Part shown: positions 39,036-52,561 of the stretch, piece after piece
Numbering within the stretch: position 1 is the stretch's first letter
Layout: every line of letters begins with the position of its first letter
Origin: Octopus sinensis
Lineage: Eukaryota
DNA: 64,000 bases
Reading direction: 5' to 3'
Assembly: GCF_006345805.1 (NCBI RefSeq)
Contig: NC_043004.1
Location: 38,564,001 to 38,628,000 of the forward strand
The notes under the pieces: generated by a model
The model's input: only the letters and a program-made list of their open reading frames with translations
Told to the model about the DNA's origin: nothing
Databases searched by the model: none
Translations under genes and position numbers: made by a program

Positions 39036-39242
39036 TTACTCTTTTACTCTTTTACTTGTTTCAGTCATTTCACTGCGGCCATGCTGGAGCACCGCCTTTA
39101 GTCGAGCAAATTGACATCAGGATTTATTCTTTGGAAGCTTAGTACTTATTCTATCAGTCTTTTTTGCCAAACCGCTAAGTTACGGGTACGTAAACACACC
39201 AGCATTGGTTGTCAAGCGATGTTGGGGGGGATACGGACACAT

Positions 39243-39285
<43 letters not shown>

Positions 39286-39425
39286 TACAACGGTCTTCTT
39301 TCAGTTTCCGTCTACCAAATCCACTCACAAGGCTTTGGTCAGCCCGAGGCTCTAGTAGGTGGGACTGAACCCGGAACCATGTGGTTGGTAGGCAAACTAC
39401 TTATCACACAGCCACTCCTGCGCCT
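39036..39425 (-). mobile_element. tRNA-derived SINE, family B
   Basis: Head aggcgcaggagtggctgtgtg; B box ggttcagtcc; internal (TA/CA)n; (AAGAGTAA)n tail. Confidence 0.88.
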
Positions 39426-40456
39426 ATATCTCTTAAATATAATCTCGTCAGCGATCAGCACACATTATCAGATACGTTGTTTGCCGAATTCTATAGATAA
39501 GAACGAATGTTCTTGCATATATACATATATTCGGGTGAGATTCTGACTAAAGAAACTCAGTCATACCAAAACACCAGCGCCTCAGAGAGTAATACATAAC
39601 TGAATTGTATGTCATGTCAACAGATATTGAAAGTCAACAGTATATAATATAGTCATGCTAAAATCTGCAGATATACGTTCAGAATGAATGCTTTCATTAT
39701 TGCTTTCATTCTCCCTTTTTACATGCTCATAATGGCATAAGAGTTAAATTCATAATTTCTAAATATACAAAATATATTCAAGTTATTCTCTACCGTAGAT
39801 GCGGAATACCTAAGCATTTTTTGTATATCGTTTCTCTACATCCCGCAAATATACAACTCACTACACACACTCGAAAAGAAATGATAACTATTTATAATTA
39901 TTGGTATAATTTCATTTGGTTTTTCTCGCAATATATAAAAGAATGCAATCAAATATTGCAAGGAAATGTGTGCATATCTTTTCTAACTATAGTTTGTTCG
40001 TTGTGTTGCAAATAAAACTATGATAGCTACTTCATAATGGTAATGCTATACTTTGAAAATAGAAAATTGTTTTCATTGAACAAATTCTGACAGTCTTTTG
40101 TTTGAAGCAGTGTGCATACTGTGGCGTAATGTTAGTCGTTTGTAAGTATATTGTGAGGCAAAAAAATGAGGAAACTGCCATGATTGTGGAGCTTCCAAAA
40201 TTCTCAAAAAATGTCCAATAGGAAAGCAGATGTTTCGAGAAATATTAAATGACGAATGGTAAGACCTGTTAAAATTGTAATTTCATTTTTAAGAAAGTAC
40301 CCGGAGCAAAGAGATAAACATTTAGGCAGCATATTATATTTGTCATCTTAAAATCACAAACATGAATAAAGAAAAGGTATAGAAAATACACAGACAATGT
40401 AGCTTTATGTTGAAAGCTTATTATTTTAGTTGCGTAATCTGTATTTGAAAACTGAC

Positions 40457-40555
40457 CTGAGTAAAACTGGTGAAGAATAATTGCTCACTGCTCAAACTAA
40501 GGCCGGGGACGGTAGTCTTTTCCCACTTTGTATCACTTTTCCACATGCTATAAGC
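40457..40555 (-). CDS. M13 peptidase exon (AYSMWKSDTKWEKTTVPGLSLSSEQLFFTSFTQ)
   Basis: ttaacag/gtcagt boundaries; 99 nt, phase 0-0; matches 'AY......LPGL.L...QLFF..FAQ'. Confidence 0.93.
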
Positions 40556-40792
40556 CTGTTAATGGGAAAGATCAGAAAAAAAACCCAAACAAATAATGAT
40601 TTTTAAACTTTGTCACCATATCAGATATTTTGGAATAAATAAATGTAGAATATGTTGATTACAGTATTTGGCCGGAACAAATTTTATCAAAAGCAAAATT
40701 ATACACGTTAAACTCCAGAACAACGGATATGAAACCCAGAATAGAAAAAAGCTGCAACTGTATACAGAAATGATTATAATTCAGTAGACTAT

Positions 40793-41960
40793 TATCAGGT
40801 CATCCCATAAGTTCTGACCAAATTTTGAATAAAGAAACCAAGTTATCAAATGTTATATTTAATTGAAATTTAATCATCAATGTACTACTTTCCCTGGTTA
40901 TCCATGACTTCCTTCCGTCTATTTACAAGCTTTTTAATCTCAGTGTAAAACTCATTTGGTTTCAAAGTGAAGGACTCTGAAATGTCAGTTTCGACCTCCC
41001 CCTAGCTTGTGAAAGTTATGTGCCCCAAATGTTTCTGTAAACTACTAAACGGATGGTGGTCTGAAGGAGCAAGGTCGGGAGAATAAGGTGGAGGAGGAAT
41101 TTTTTCCCAACCAAGCTCTTCGATTTCTATGATGTGATCTTTGCAGTGTGGGGTCGCGCATTGTCCTGATGAAATATCACTTCTTTTCCATTCACTAAAG
41201 CGGGTCTTGTTTTCTTCAAAGCTTGGTTCAAACGCTCTAATTACTGACAGTAGACTTGAGCATTGATTGTTGCATTAGGTGGTAACAATTCAAAGTGAAT
41301 TACTCGTTTGCAATCCCACAAGAGAGAGAGAAGAACCTTTTTTCCATGAAGTTCCCTTCTCGCTTATGGTTGAGCGTTTTCCTTTTTACGAAGCCACTAT
41401 TTACGACGTTTAACATTTCGATAGAAGATCCATTTTTCGTCACTAGTCACAAGTCTATCCAAAAAGGGTGAAATGTGTTCGCGAGAATGAAGAGAAAATC
41501 AGATATCAACTCGTGATTTGCGGTTGCTTTCGGACAATTCATGAGGCACCCAATTTCCAAGTTTAGGAACCTTTCCAAGTTGTTGAAAATGACGATGAAC
41601 AGTTGTATGGTTTGAACTAAGCTTTATTGCCAATTCTTAAACTGACAATGCAAGATTTTCTTTAAGTAATGCCTGAATGAGCTTATCATCAAACTCAACT
41701 AGATGTCCTGTTCGATCTTCATCTTCAAGGCTGAAATCTCTACTTCTGAATTTTGCAAACCATCTTCTGCAAGTTCTTTCATTCAAGCATTCTTTCCCAT
41801 AAACTGAGTGTATGCTTCGAATCGCTTCGGCTGCAGAGTTTCCTTTTCTGTACTCATAAAGCATTATGTGCCTTAAATGCTCTTTGGATATGTCCGTGTT
41901 AAAAAGGATTTTAATCAAAGAAATTTTAAATCTATTATTCTGTAAAATAATATTTAATTA
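40793..41960 (-). mobile_element. Mariner (DD34D) transposon, degenerate
   Basis: HLRHIMLYEY...RRWFAKFRS, TSDEKW, HQDNARPH and PYSPDLAPSD; TIR at 40793. Confidence 0.9.
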
Positions 41961-42747
41961 GTTTAAATGTACACAAATGCATAAAAATAATTTTAAATTT
42001 CATTAGACATTCTAATATACTATTAAATTTCATTCAATTTTAAAAGAGATAAAATCATAAAAGCATTTTTACTGACATTTAAATGTAATCTAAATTCCTC
42101 AGAAATGCCATGAGTACAATTCTCTGTATGTACATTTACGTAGTATCACATTTACACACCTGTCAAAACCATAATAAAGCACCTAAACATGCATGTTTAT
42201 ATCAATAAACTAAATAAGTACAAATAAATATATAAACAGAAATATCAGAATAGATCATGTTATACCGATACTCAGTTGCTCATTATTCAGGAAGATAATG
42301 CTGTGTTTTATAAAGACACTGCACTTCTTTAACTTTGCGAATATTTCAGTCAAACTCTCACTGTTTGAATATACTTGTTTAATTGTTTTTTATTGCAAGA
42401 GATAAGTACACATGCATACATAAGCCTCATATGTATATACACTAGCACACGAGGACTTGAAATTCTGCATAAATTATTTGCATCTCTACTCCATTAGATT
42501 ACGCATAGAATTATCTTTTCCGTATTATGTGATATCATATTCGTACACTTATAAATATAGTCGTTAGTTATCACGTATTGTACAAAACTGAGGATTGGCC
42601 ATATTGACTGATATAGAAATATATATGTACAAATATATAGTAATTTCTGTACCGCATATTAATTTAACATAGACTAGTGTAAAATATAAAGCAACAATAT
42701 AGATAATTAACGAACATCTAAGACACCAAAAATTATGAATTACTTAC

Positions 42748-42813
42748 CAAAAATGAAACTTTCATACCACTAAGGTCAGCAATATTTTCACCAAGAGTCA
42801 AAGTACCATTGAC
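42748..42813 (-). CDS. M13 peptidase exon with the third zinc ligand (VNGTLTLGENIADLSGMKVSFL)
   Basis: gtattag/gtaagt boundaries; 66 nt, phase 0-0; NG..TLGENIAD signature. Confidence 0.95.
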
Positions 42814-42989
42814 CTAATACACGAGTAAATAATGATTTTTTTTAGTAATATTGGTTTTCGTCAACGATTTCAAAAGATTTACCCTTTAATTATAAAAGTT
42901 AACATGTGAAGAGGGTTGTTATTACTACTTATATGGAGTCGATGTTTATAGAAAGAAGCATTTCTCTTATGAAACAACGGTTAACATAA

Positions 42990-43565
42990 TATTGGATTGG
43001 TAACTTAGTTTTGGAATTTATTGCGTTTTTAAGCTTTGGAATTATTCTTTTCGAGAATTCTATTTTCGAATCATTTTGGGATCTATTTTGTTTTCTAGTT
43101 AATTCTAATTAATTTTCGTTAATTTTCAGATCATTAAAATGGTATGTCAAATTAAGAAAAAACAGCATTTTCGACACCTCCTTCTTTTTACTTTTAATCA
43201 AGGTTCTAAGGCCGCAAAAGCTGCTCGCGACATTTGTGCTGTGTATGGAGAGGGTGCCATAACTGAAAGAACCGCTCGTAATTGGTATGCCAAGTTCAAA
43301 AATGGAAATTTTGACCTCAAAGACGCAACTCGTTCTGGCCGTCCAGTTGAGTTCTATGAAGAGCGATTAAACCAACGTTTGCACGAAAATTCACGTCAGC
43401 TTCCACACTGCTATACATAAGCATCTTTACTCGATTGGAAAGGTTCAAAAGTATGGAGCATGCTGTAAGTGACAACAACAAAAATCAACGAGCTACAATC
43501 TCCGTTGGTTTTCTTACTCGTCACCGCACAACTCATGGACACAAGCAACGATTTCTTTACCTCTT
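42990..43565 (+). mobile_element. Mariner 5' fragment (HTH domain)
   Basis: HFRHLLLF.FNQG.KAAKAARDIC.VYG...RNWYAKFKNG.FDL...RSGRP. Confidence 0.88.
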
Positions 43566-43668
43566 GTACAAAATAAATGCTTGTTTTATTCACTATGGAA
43601 TCGAATTGATACTACTAATGCATAAAGAAGGTTGAACATTCGGTAAAAAATAGACCAGTTATACTTAC

Positions 43669-43799
43669 AGTCTTATTTGCTCTTGGCATCAGGAAATCAG
43701 AATAATCTTCAATGAGTTTCTCCGTTCGTTCGTCAAATTTTACTTGTGAATCGTTCGTTAAAACATTGCCAATATTTCCCTTTTCGTTAAATTTTATAC
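43669..43799 (-). CDS. M13 peptidase exon (G-IKFNEKGNIGNVLTNDSQVKFDERTEKLIEDYSDFLMPRANKT)
   Basis: atttag/gtaagt boundaries; 131 nt, phase 1-0; lies in ORF 43615..43875; matches 'GR.FNKDG....W...S...F....C...QY'. Confidence 0.9.
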
Positions 43800-45419
43800 C
43801 TAAATTAAATTGATTGGTAAAGTAACATTTACTGTAGAGTTTAATATTTGAAGGTGTATATCTACGTGTTAACACAGTCGATTATATTTTTATATACTTG
43901 TAGTGAAGAACATAACATCACACAAGCCTGCCCGATAAACAGAAAGACAAATACTGATGGATTGTGATCTCAATACTGATAAATAACAAACTACAAAATC
44001 TTACATTTCGATGAATGTAATTGTTTACTTCACCACCTCTACTAGATTGGAACATATTTTGTCAACCCTTTGAAAGATGAAACTCAATATCCTGCTTGAC
44101 GGACTTGAAAACGGATCTTAATTCAACTTACCAAATACCATGAAGCATTTTGACCCACATTCTAACGATTCTATCAATCCACTACTACGAACCAGCTCAA
44201 AAATGTAATTAAATTGGTTATCATACCGCATCATCGTTGATCTGAATGGCTATAAGTTAGTTTTCATAAACCGGTGGCACTAACATTTCTTACCATATAG
44301 TCAAAACCATCTCAGTTAGATTGTGAAATGCTGACATTTGACTACATTTAACTAGATAATCAGAACATATTTTATCAAGTTAGTAATTTACTGTTTGACA
44401 GTTTTAGTAAACAAGGAGGAAAGCAGCACCATTAAAACAACAGAATTCTGTAAGGCGTGTAAGATATAATAAATGGGCATGCAAACCACGTAGTAGGAGT
44501 AAATGCAGGCTATCAGATAAGTTGATTTCAGGTGGAGCAAGACACCAATTACAAATGGAGCTAGGATCTCGGGAGACAATTTCTCTGGAATGCCCAGATT
44601 TTCCCCTTAAAGTGCTTGATTTCTCTTATGCCTAGGTGACCAAATTAGCAGTTGGGTGATGAAGTATTTGGGAGGATGTTACAGCAATGTAATATCTAGA
44701 TTTAAAAAAATTAGAAACAGTTTAAGGAGCAGTTATGATTGCGAGCAACAATGGTTTTATCACTCGAAATGAAAAGTCGACTGCATGATACTTGAGTGCA
44801 AAGTGCGCTACTGCACGGCAACGAGAGATGAGCTTAAATGACGGCTGAGGGAAGGCATAAAAAAAAAGAGAAGCAAGGTCTCAATATAACAGGTTAATGC
44901 GCGTAAAACATGCATAAATGCACTGAGAGACGCTGGATATAAGAGAAACCAGCTGTAATGTCCGAAAGAAGAAATTGCATTGATATCGCTATATGATACA
45001 GATGATGGATTACGGCTGCATAAGAAAATGCCGAATGATCACGATGAATACGGAGGTCAAGGAAGGTAATAGATGAAGCGGTGAAAAATGTTTTCAAGAC
45101 GTTAAATCAGATGTAACTGAGCGAAGATTGCGTCGACTAGCGCCACGTAGTGTTCCTGAAGACTCAACCTTCTACGCCAGCTTAATATATACACCTGCCT
45201 CATGCATATTGCATTTTTTGTGAACGTATCGCCATCCAAAAGTTTCCCATTTTTATTTCTCATACTCCTCGACTATTTATTCTTTTAAACACTGGGCCTA
45301 TTCTAGGTCCTCATTTTCTCTACTCACCGTACCACGATGTCCATAATTAACAGGAAAGTACACAATTTGTACTTTTCTACAGCTCCCCCACCTACAACCT
45401 ACGAACTACATCTCCAGTC

Positions 45420-46700
45420 ATGGTGCTTAACTCGCCCCACCTGATACCGTGCTTTCTTGTTCATGTTGAGTATATAACCAGGCCCCTTGTATATACCTCC
45501 TCCTACCGCCAAGAGGTAACTCCCCGCCTCCTCATACTCAACACCTTCATCCTCCATTTCACTCCCACTTTTTCTCTCACTTTTTCCGGCACAGGTGACA
45601 CTTGGGGGGGGGGGCGTCCCTCAATGATCACCGGGTGCTTGAAACCAGCCATTGTCAAGAAATCTGGTAAAACCAGGTCTTCGACCGATTGGGCCCATAG
45701 GGTCAAAATTGCTTTTGACCCGACCCAATCGACCGCAGGCAGTATTTTTACATTCAAGAGCCTGGCAGGGCCATCAACCGGGCTCGACGGATAGAATCTT
45801 CTATCCATTCAGCCTCTATACCAGAAGGCGGCCCACACACCCAGGGTCTTGTCAATTTACACCCACAATAAGTGGGGAGAAACAAAATCTTCCTCCCATC
45901 TATATGTTGGCTCACAAATTTCTGAGCCTCCATAGGGGTGTCGAAAAGCACGCACACCGTTGCGTACTTTGAACCCCTACAGATGAACCTATAAGTTGGC
46001 ACAAATCCCGCCAACTCTTCTTCAATTTCACTCTGAGAGAATACACAGATGGTGTTGCGGACCTTGCAATAGGTCCGCAACACAACCATTCTCTCATCAT
46101 AGTTTTTTAACCACTCCTTGGGGGCCACAATTCGCCACTCCCAGGCTTTCTTGCCATTAATAAAAAAAACCTAAAATATAAAAGGCCATAACAAAGTCAA
46201 AATGTTCAAATATATGTCTCTAATGCAAACACAAAAAAGAGCAGAAAGACAAACAAGAGAAAAAGAACGAAGGAACACAGTTCAAATGACAACAAAATTC
46301 AACACTGGTAATCCTTTGTAGCATAGTTAAAAATCTCTTGCAGCACAAAAATAGCAGCAAAATATTCCTCCAATTCTGGTTGCACTCCAAATGGTAAAAC
46401 CCACGAAGTGCACACAACCACATAAAATCATAAATTTTCGGAAGGACACGCCTCCCGAAAACACACAATTCTCACTATAAAGTGAGACTTTTTGTACGAC
46501 CTCTGGCAAACAAATGCCTGGAAGACCCTTGATCGAAAAAAATAATTCAGTGTTAACAACAGCTCTCACTAAGTTCCCAAAAAGGACAAATGCCTTACCT
46601 GTGGTCGTACGTCAACTTTTTCAATTTTTCAGGACGGCTTCACAGCACGTCTTGATAGTTCTCTTTCACGGAAGTAACTAACAAACTCGCGTGCGTAAGC
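45420..46700 (-). mobile_element. Degenerate Tx1 ORF1 with 5' UTR
   Basis: GSKYATVCV.F, FLPTY and VIIEGRPP align with the ORF1 at 23227-24591; frameshifted; zinc knuckle missing. Confidence 0.7.
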
Positions 46701-47185
46701 AAGCTACTTACTTCACAGCAACTCCTGTGCCTATGTTTATATATTTGCAAATATTTTCAGATGTGAAATTTTATCAATTTGAGTGTTATTGTAAAATGGA
46801 TTAGATCGGAAGCGCTATAAAATATAATAAAATCCTGGAACTTAAAGCATCTGTATATCAAATTGCTACAGTCGATTGGAAAAAGTTTACTAACTGTAAA
46901 TTATTTGCAGATATTTTTCAGAAATCACTTATACCACACTATTCGTCTGCGTACTACTGCGCCTGAACATGCACGTAAATGGACATGTGTACATACACAC
47001 AGTAGTTAAAAATATTGCAGTACATGTCAAGTGAATTATATAACATGATTGACTATACGTCTTACTCTATCTTATCAATTATGTATCTACACACCATTGC
47101 TAATTTAAAATATTAAACTCTATGCCCGGTATGTTGCATTTAGAGGGCAATTATCAAGTAATACAAGTAAAAAGAGAAAACAAAC

Positions 47186-47253
47186 CAGTATTGTCAAATG
47201 CATGCATCATCTCGTGACCAATTACTGTGCCAACACCGCCAAAATTTATTTCC
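47186..47253 (-). CDS. M13 peptidase zinc-binding exon (EINFGGVGTVIGHEMMHAFDNT-G)
   Basis: ttttacag/gtttgt boundaries; 68 nt, phase 2-1; HExxH gluzincin motif in the N(Y/F)GG.G.VIGHE..H.FD context. Confidence 0.95.
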
Positions 47254-47949
47254 CTGTAAAAAAAACAAAGTTTTGATATTTCTTACTATTATACGTCATA
47301 CATTTTTCTGTAATGGTGTTAATATGTAGAAATTGTAAGTCTAGCTTTGCACAAGCAGAATCTTTAAAGTTACTTTCAATTTCCTTAGTCATGTGATGTT
47401 TTGTATGCCCAGTGTTCAAGGCTGACTTTACTTTTTATCTTTAAGAAGTAATATATGGGAGAAATGAATTACTTGGGTTGACCGTTGTAAACTTTTTCCA
47501 AGTCAGAAATGAATATCTAAATAATATGTTTAGTCGAGGCATTCAGTACATTTCACTGAGTGGAAATTATAACGCAGAACCTTAGTGTAACACTAATTTT
47601 TCGTATTCTTTTAAACTTGTGGATTAGACTTATTATTAAACGGAGCAGGCAGCATGATTTTTAAATCTCTAACATTCTGGTAATGATATTAAGGAATGAA
47701 ACATTTTTTCACAGTGGCTTTTTCACATTCAGCAAATCCTTATTGAGTTAAATTAAACACTATAGGCAAGCATTAGATGTAATTTTGAGGAACCCAAAGC
47801 AAGAATCTCAAGATTCTATTTGCTGAAGGAACAGTGTAATACTAATGATTTAAGGAGAATATTTAGCTATCTTGTATGAATTGACCACCTCAGCGTCTTC
47901 GATGAAGAGGATAAACGACAAGTAGCACTGTTACAGACACTGCACAAAT

Positions 47950-48796
47950 ACATGGATCAGCAATTTGTATTATGAAAATGCACCAAACCTTCATGAGAGA
48001 AAATGGAAAATAATTAGGAAAATTGATAGAAAAACAAGACGATGATATGACAGATGCAATAGAAGTACAATTTTAGAGTAAAACATACAGTAAGAAATAT
48101 GATTACAATGTGAAGGTAAAGTGGATAGACAGAACAGAAAACGAATTAAATGAGTAAACGAACAACTGGACATAGTAATTATTCCAAAGCTTAGATTGAC
48201 AGCAGGGATTCCGGTTGAAGAGCTAAAAACACCCGGGCACGCATTAAGTTATTAAATATAAGTATGTGTATCAGTAGAGTGAAATTGTCCCAAATTAAAT
48301 GAATAAGTGGAAGATAAGATTTAGAAAAGACACATTATGGCAATTATGTTTTTTTAAATGAGATTTATGCATCTTAAAAGAGCTGAAGCAATTACCGAGC
48401 TGACAGAAAGAGAAACAGAGAAGTAAAAACATGGATAAGATGATTATGAGAAGCTGCAAGAGATGAAGAATTGACCTTACAATAGAGTGTGTCGATTGCA
48501 AGGCAGTGGCTCCTATGTCTTCTTATCTTAACTGACAAGATGTGTTAACATGTACATGTTTAGTCTTGGTGTAAAAGATGGGCTAAAGCAATTAGTTTGC
48601 TTAATACTACAGAATAGCACGGCTATGGAAAATGAAAAACATGAAGATAGTGCCAATAATTGTTGGGTCCTTGGGAACAGCATCAGAAGGCATCAAAAGG
48701 AATATCAAGAAAATTGGTATAGAGTTCCCAGTAGAACTGTTGCAAAGTTTTACCTCCATAGTACGGCCAGAACAATCAGAAAAGTATTGGCCTGAT

Positions 48797-48840
<44 letters not shown>

Positions 48841-49200
48841 TGTTGTTGTTGTTGTAGTAGTAGATAAAGAGGATAGAAAGCACCAGATAATTGACTTTAC
48901 AGTCCCAATTGATGAAGCAAACCAATTTGAGTGGTATAGATAAATAGCAAAGTCCCAGGATCGAGCCATTGAATTACAGAGAGTATAAAAAGTGCGGGTG
49001 AAATGTATCTCAGTGGTTATAGATGCATTAAAAAATATCCCCAACGATATCAAAAGATGGATAGAGGGAAAAGACATAAAACCAGTTTAGTACAGCTCCA
49101 TAAAACAGTGTTATTAGGGGCAGTTAGGATACTTAGAAGGGTTCTTTGCTCTAAGGTTATTTACTTGTAGCCCGATGTTAGGAATTTTTCTTTTCCAACA
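47950..49200 (+). mobile_element. Dong/R4-like fragments (RLE C-terminus) with an embedded piece (48500-48613) of the TAA-associated non-coding repeat
   Basis: IVPIIVGSLG, PD(V)nDK..IIDF.VP and KTVLLG..RILRRVL. Confidence 0.75.
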
Positions 49201-49376
49201 GTCTATTCTGTTGTGTGTATATGAATAATAATAATAATAAAAGTAATAATATGCACGCATATTCCATAGAGTACAGTCTGTCTGAGGTCCTTGTCACTTC
49301 ACAAACACTACAAACCCCCGGTAGACACAATATCTTCAATCAACAACCTCACGATATTGTATACTGTGCGACGTCA

Positions 49377-49407
<31 letters not shown>

Positions 49408-49432
49408 TATCAACAACAACAACAACAACAAC

Positions 49433-49483
<51 letters not shown>

Positions 49484-49519
49484 AATAATAACAACAACAA
49501 TAATAATAATATAAAATGT

Positions 49520-50125
49520 ACGGTCAGTTTGCAAGAGATTTGAACGCCAAGACAAATACATAGGACCTGTGGTTATGGATGAGGAGGAATGTTCTGAAGA
49601 CAGAGACAGAAGCTCTCATATGCGCAGGTCAGGAACAAGCGTTAAGGACCAATTATATAAAGTGCAGATTTGACAACACTACCGATAGCGACAAATGCAG
49701 AATTTGTGGTGAGAGGGGTGGAACGATGTAGCACAACGTTAACGAATGCCCGAAATTGGCACAAAGCGAATACAAACAACGCCATGACCTATGTGTTAAG
49801 AATGATCCATTGGGAGGTCTGTTGAAATCACTGCATACAAAGAGCAACGACGTGGTCTGAACAAACCCCAGAAAGAGTCACCGAAAATAAGAAGTGCAAA
49901 ATCCTGTGGGATGTAGTGATCCAGGGCGATCAGCTGACCAGACATAGGAAACCGGACATTGTCGTGGTGAATAACAAAGAAAGAAACGTATAATATTCGA
50001 CAACAGAATCAATGTGAAAGAAGAAGAAAGAATAAAGAACTACTTAGATTTGATGTGAGTAATACGAAGGTTGTGGTCAATGAAGAAAGTTGACATGATA
50101 CCGGAAATGGTAGGATACACGGAAA
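49520..50125 (+). mobile_element. Dong/R4-like zinc knuckle plus RLE fragment next to (TAA/CAA)n at 49380-49511
   Basis: AGQEQALRTN, CRICG....M.H....CP.LA..EYK.RHD, KILWD and HRKPDIVV. Confidence 0.85.
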
Positions 50126-50539
50126 TAGTACGAAGATGAAACAGAAGGTGTCACCGAGTAGAAGGAACAAGATACTGTGTGATTTTGCAATCCCAGTGTG
50201 ATTTTGCAATGAGTGTGTGTGTTTGCGCGCAAATGCGTGCGTGTTTATTGGTGCATATGTGTGTGTATATATAAATGATATATCTTGAAGTGAATTCTAT
50301 TATTTATAAAGCTAAAACCCCTTGGATAGAATAAGATAACAAGCTGTCTACGAGACTTGAAACAAGTATCTTATGAAACCAACAACACGGTGCTACTAAT
50401 TACATTAAAGACACCCATGCATGTCTTCTATAAATCTAAACGTTTTTATTCACAAAACCGGGATACAGGAAATGTTTCATCCACGTATCGCAGACAGCTG
50501 TCGCGTGAAACTTTTTGTAGAACAAGAACAAACACTTAC

Positions 50540-50591
50540 TGAGAGACATCCACATCGAAAAAGGGTGACTGCAAAATGGCTGATGGTATAG
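50540..50591 (-). CDS. M13 peptidase exon (S-IPSAILQSPFFDVDVS-Q)
   Basis: ctttttag/gtaagt boundaries; 52 nt, phase 1-2; matches 'FPAGILQPPFF'. Confidence 0.9.
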
Positions 50592-50638
50592 CTAAAAAGA
50601 GAAACAAAAAAAGTAATGTACTATATGAATGTGAGTGC

Positions 50639-50679
<41 letters not shown>

Positions 50680-50742
50680 GAACTGATAAGGAAAAGTTTG
50701 ACAGATCGACTCTGGCATAGAAAAAATTGTCTTGGTTGCATT

Positions 50743-51000
50743 AGATAGATAGATAGATGGATAAATAGATATATAGATAGATAGATATATATATAGATAA
50801 ACAGACAGATAGATAGATAGATAAGTTTCATTATTGGCCACACAGGGCTGCACACAGATGGGACAAGTTACAAGGTAGAGCTTTTCTTTTGGGGGATGAA
50901 AAAAAAAACAAAAAACAAAAGAAACAAAAAAAAGGGGTGGCGTAGGTTTTCGATCAAGAGGGATCGTAAAAGGGAAGAAAAGAACAAAAAAATAAATAAA

Positions 51001-51037
<37 letters not shown>

Positions 51038-51040
51038 AAG

Positions 51041-51075
<35 letters not shown>

Positions 51076-51090
51076 TATATAGATAGATAT

Positions 51091-51143
<53 letters not shown>

Positions 51144-51179
51144 CAGACAGATAGATGGATATATATATATAGATAGATG

Positions 51180-51239
<60 letters not shown>

Positions 51240-51316
51240 TATAGATAGATAGATAGATAGATAAACAGACAGATAGATGGATATATATATATATATATAT
51301 AGATGGATAGATTGAT

Positions 51317-51369
<53 letters not shown>

Positions 51370-51378
51370 GATAGGAAG

Positions 51379-51419
<41 letters not shown>

Positions 51420-51432
51420 GATAGATAGAAAG

Positions 51433-51513
<81 letters not shown>

Positions 51514-52166
51514 CAGACAGATAGATGGATATATATATATATAGATAGATAGATAGATGGATAGATTGATAGATAGATAGATAGATAGACAGATAAGTTT
51601 CTTTATTGGCCACACAGGACTGCACACAGATGGGACAAGTTACAAGGTAGAGCTTTTCTTTTGGGGGATGAAAAAAAGAAAAAAAAGGGGTGGCGTAGGT
51701 TTTCGATCAAGAGGGATCGTAAAAGGGAAGAAAAGAACAAAAAAAAATAAATAAATAAAAGATAAAATAAAAAAGAAAAAGAATAAAAAGAAAAAAAAAG
51801 AAAAGGAAAAGGAACAAAAGGAAAGAGAAATGAAAAAAGAAGAAAAAAGGGGAAGAAAAGGGGAAAAGGAAAAAAAAACGATCAATAGGGATCGTGTATC
51901 ACAATGTTATGATATATGGTGTAAAGGGGAAAGCAAGTATGGTTTATCCGTGGGAAGAAAAGCCTACGAAAAAGACCACGGTAACCTTGGTCAATATTGT
52001 TATATGTTACCACATTTGTTTGCAAGTGGGTAACCCTCTGTTTTCAATTTCTGGGTTCATAGGATTATGCTCAAGGTGGCTTCGTCATTCATACGTGCCA
52101 TCCTTGCTACATTCACCCAGATAGACAGATAGGTAGATAGACAGATGAGTAGATAGATAGATAGAA

Positions 52167-52214
<48 letters not shown>

Positions 52215-52238
52215 AGATAGATAGATAGATAGATAGAT

Positions 52239-52286
<48 letters not shown>

Positions 52287-52298
52287 GAAAGATAGATA
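50743..52298. repeat. Compound (GATA)n/(TA)n microsatellite field with higher-order duplication
   Basis: Read directly. Confidence 0.95.
51597..52120 (-). mobile_element. Tx1-like LINE 3' end, with a duplicate of the terminal ~175 bp at 50825-51000
   Basis: ORF2 end 'WVNVARMARM...'; T-rich UTR; tail cctgtgtggccaataaagaaac. Confidence 0.7.
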
Positions 52299-52491
52299 TG
52301 GGCAGAGGATAGCACCATGGTGATAACCTACCTATAGTTGTATATTTGATGCAGCATAACAAAAAAGTTCAGTCTTAGCGTTGGGAATATTACTATTTTA
52401 AATAACTAAGCGTGTCAAAAAGCAAAATATACTATTTCGTAGTTTTTAGGGGTTTGGGATTTTTTCGTAGCTTTTCTGTTTGTTGTTGTTG

Positions 52492-52552
<61 letters not shown>

Positions 52553-52561
52553 CATTATTAT

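Noticed and set aside
44700-45250. Possible Penelope RT remnant (SITFLDLRI)
   Set aside because: A single short motif; too degenerate to support a call.
50536-51627. 363-aa and 223-aa ORFs rich in IYLS
   Set aside because: Translations of (GATA)n/(TA)n; only the last 52 nt (50591-50540) are a real exon.
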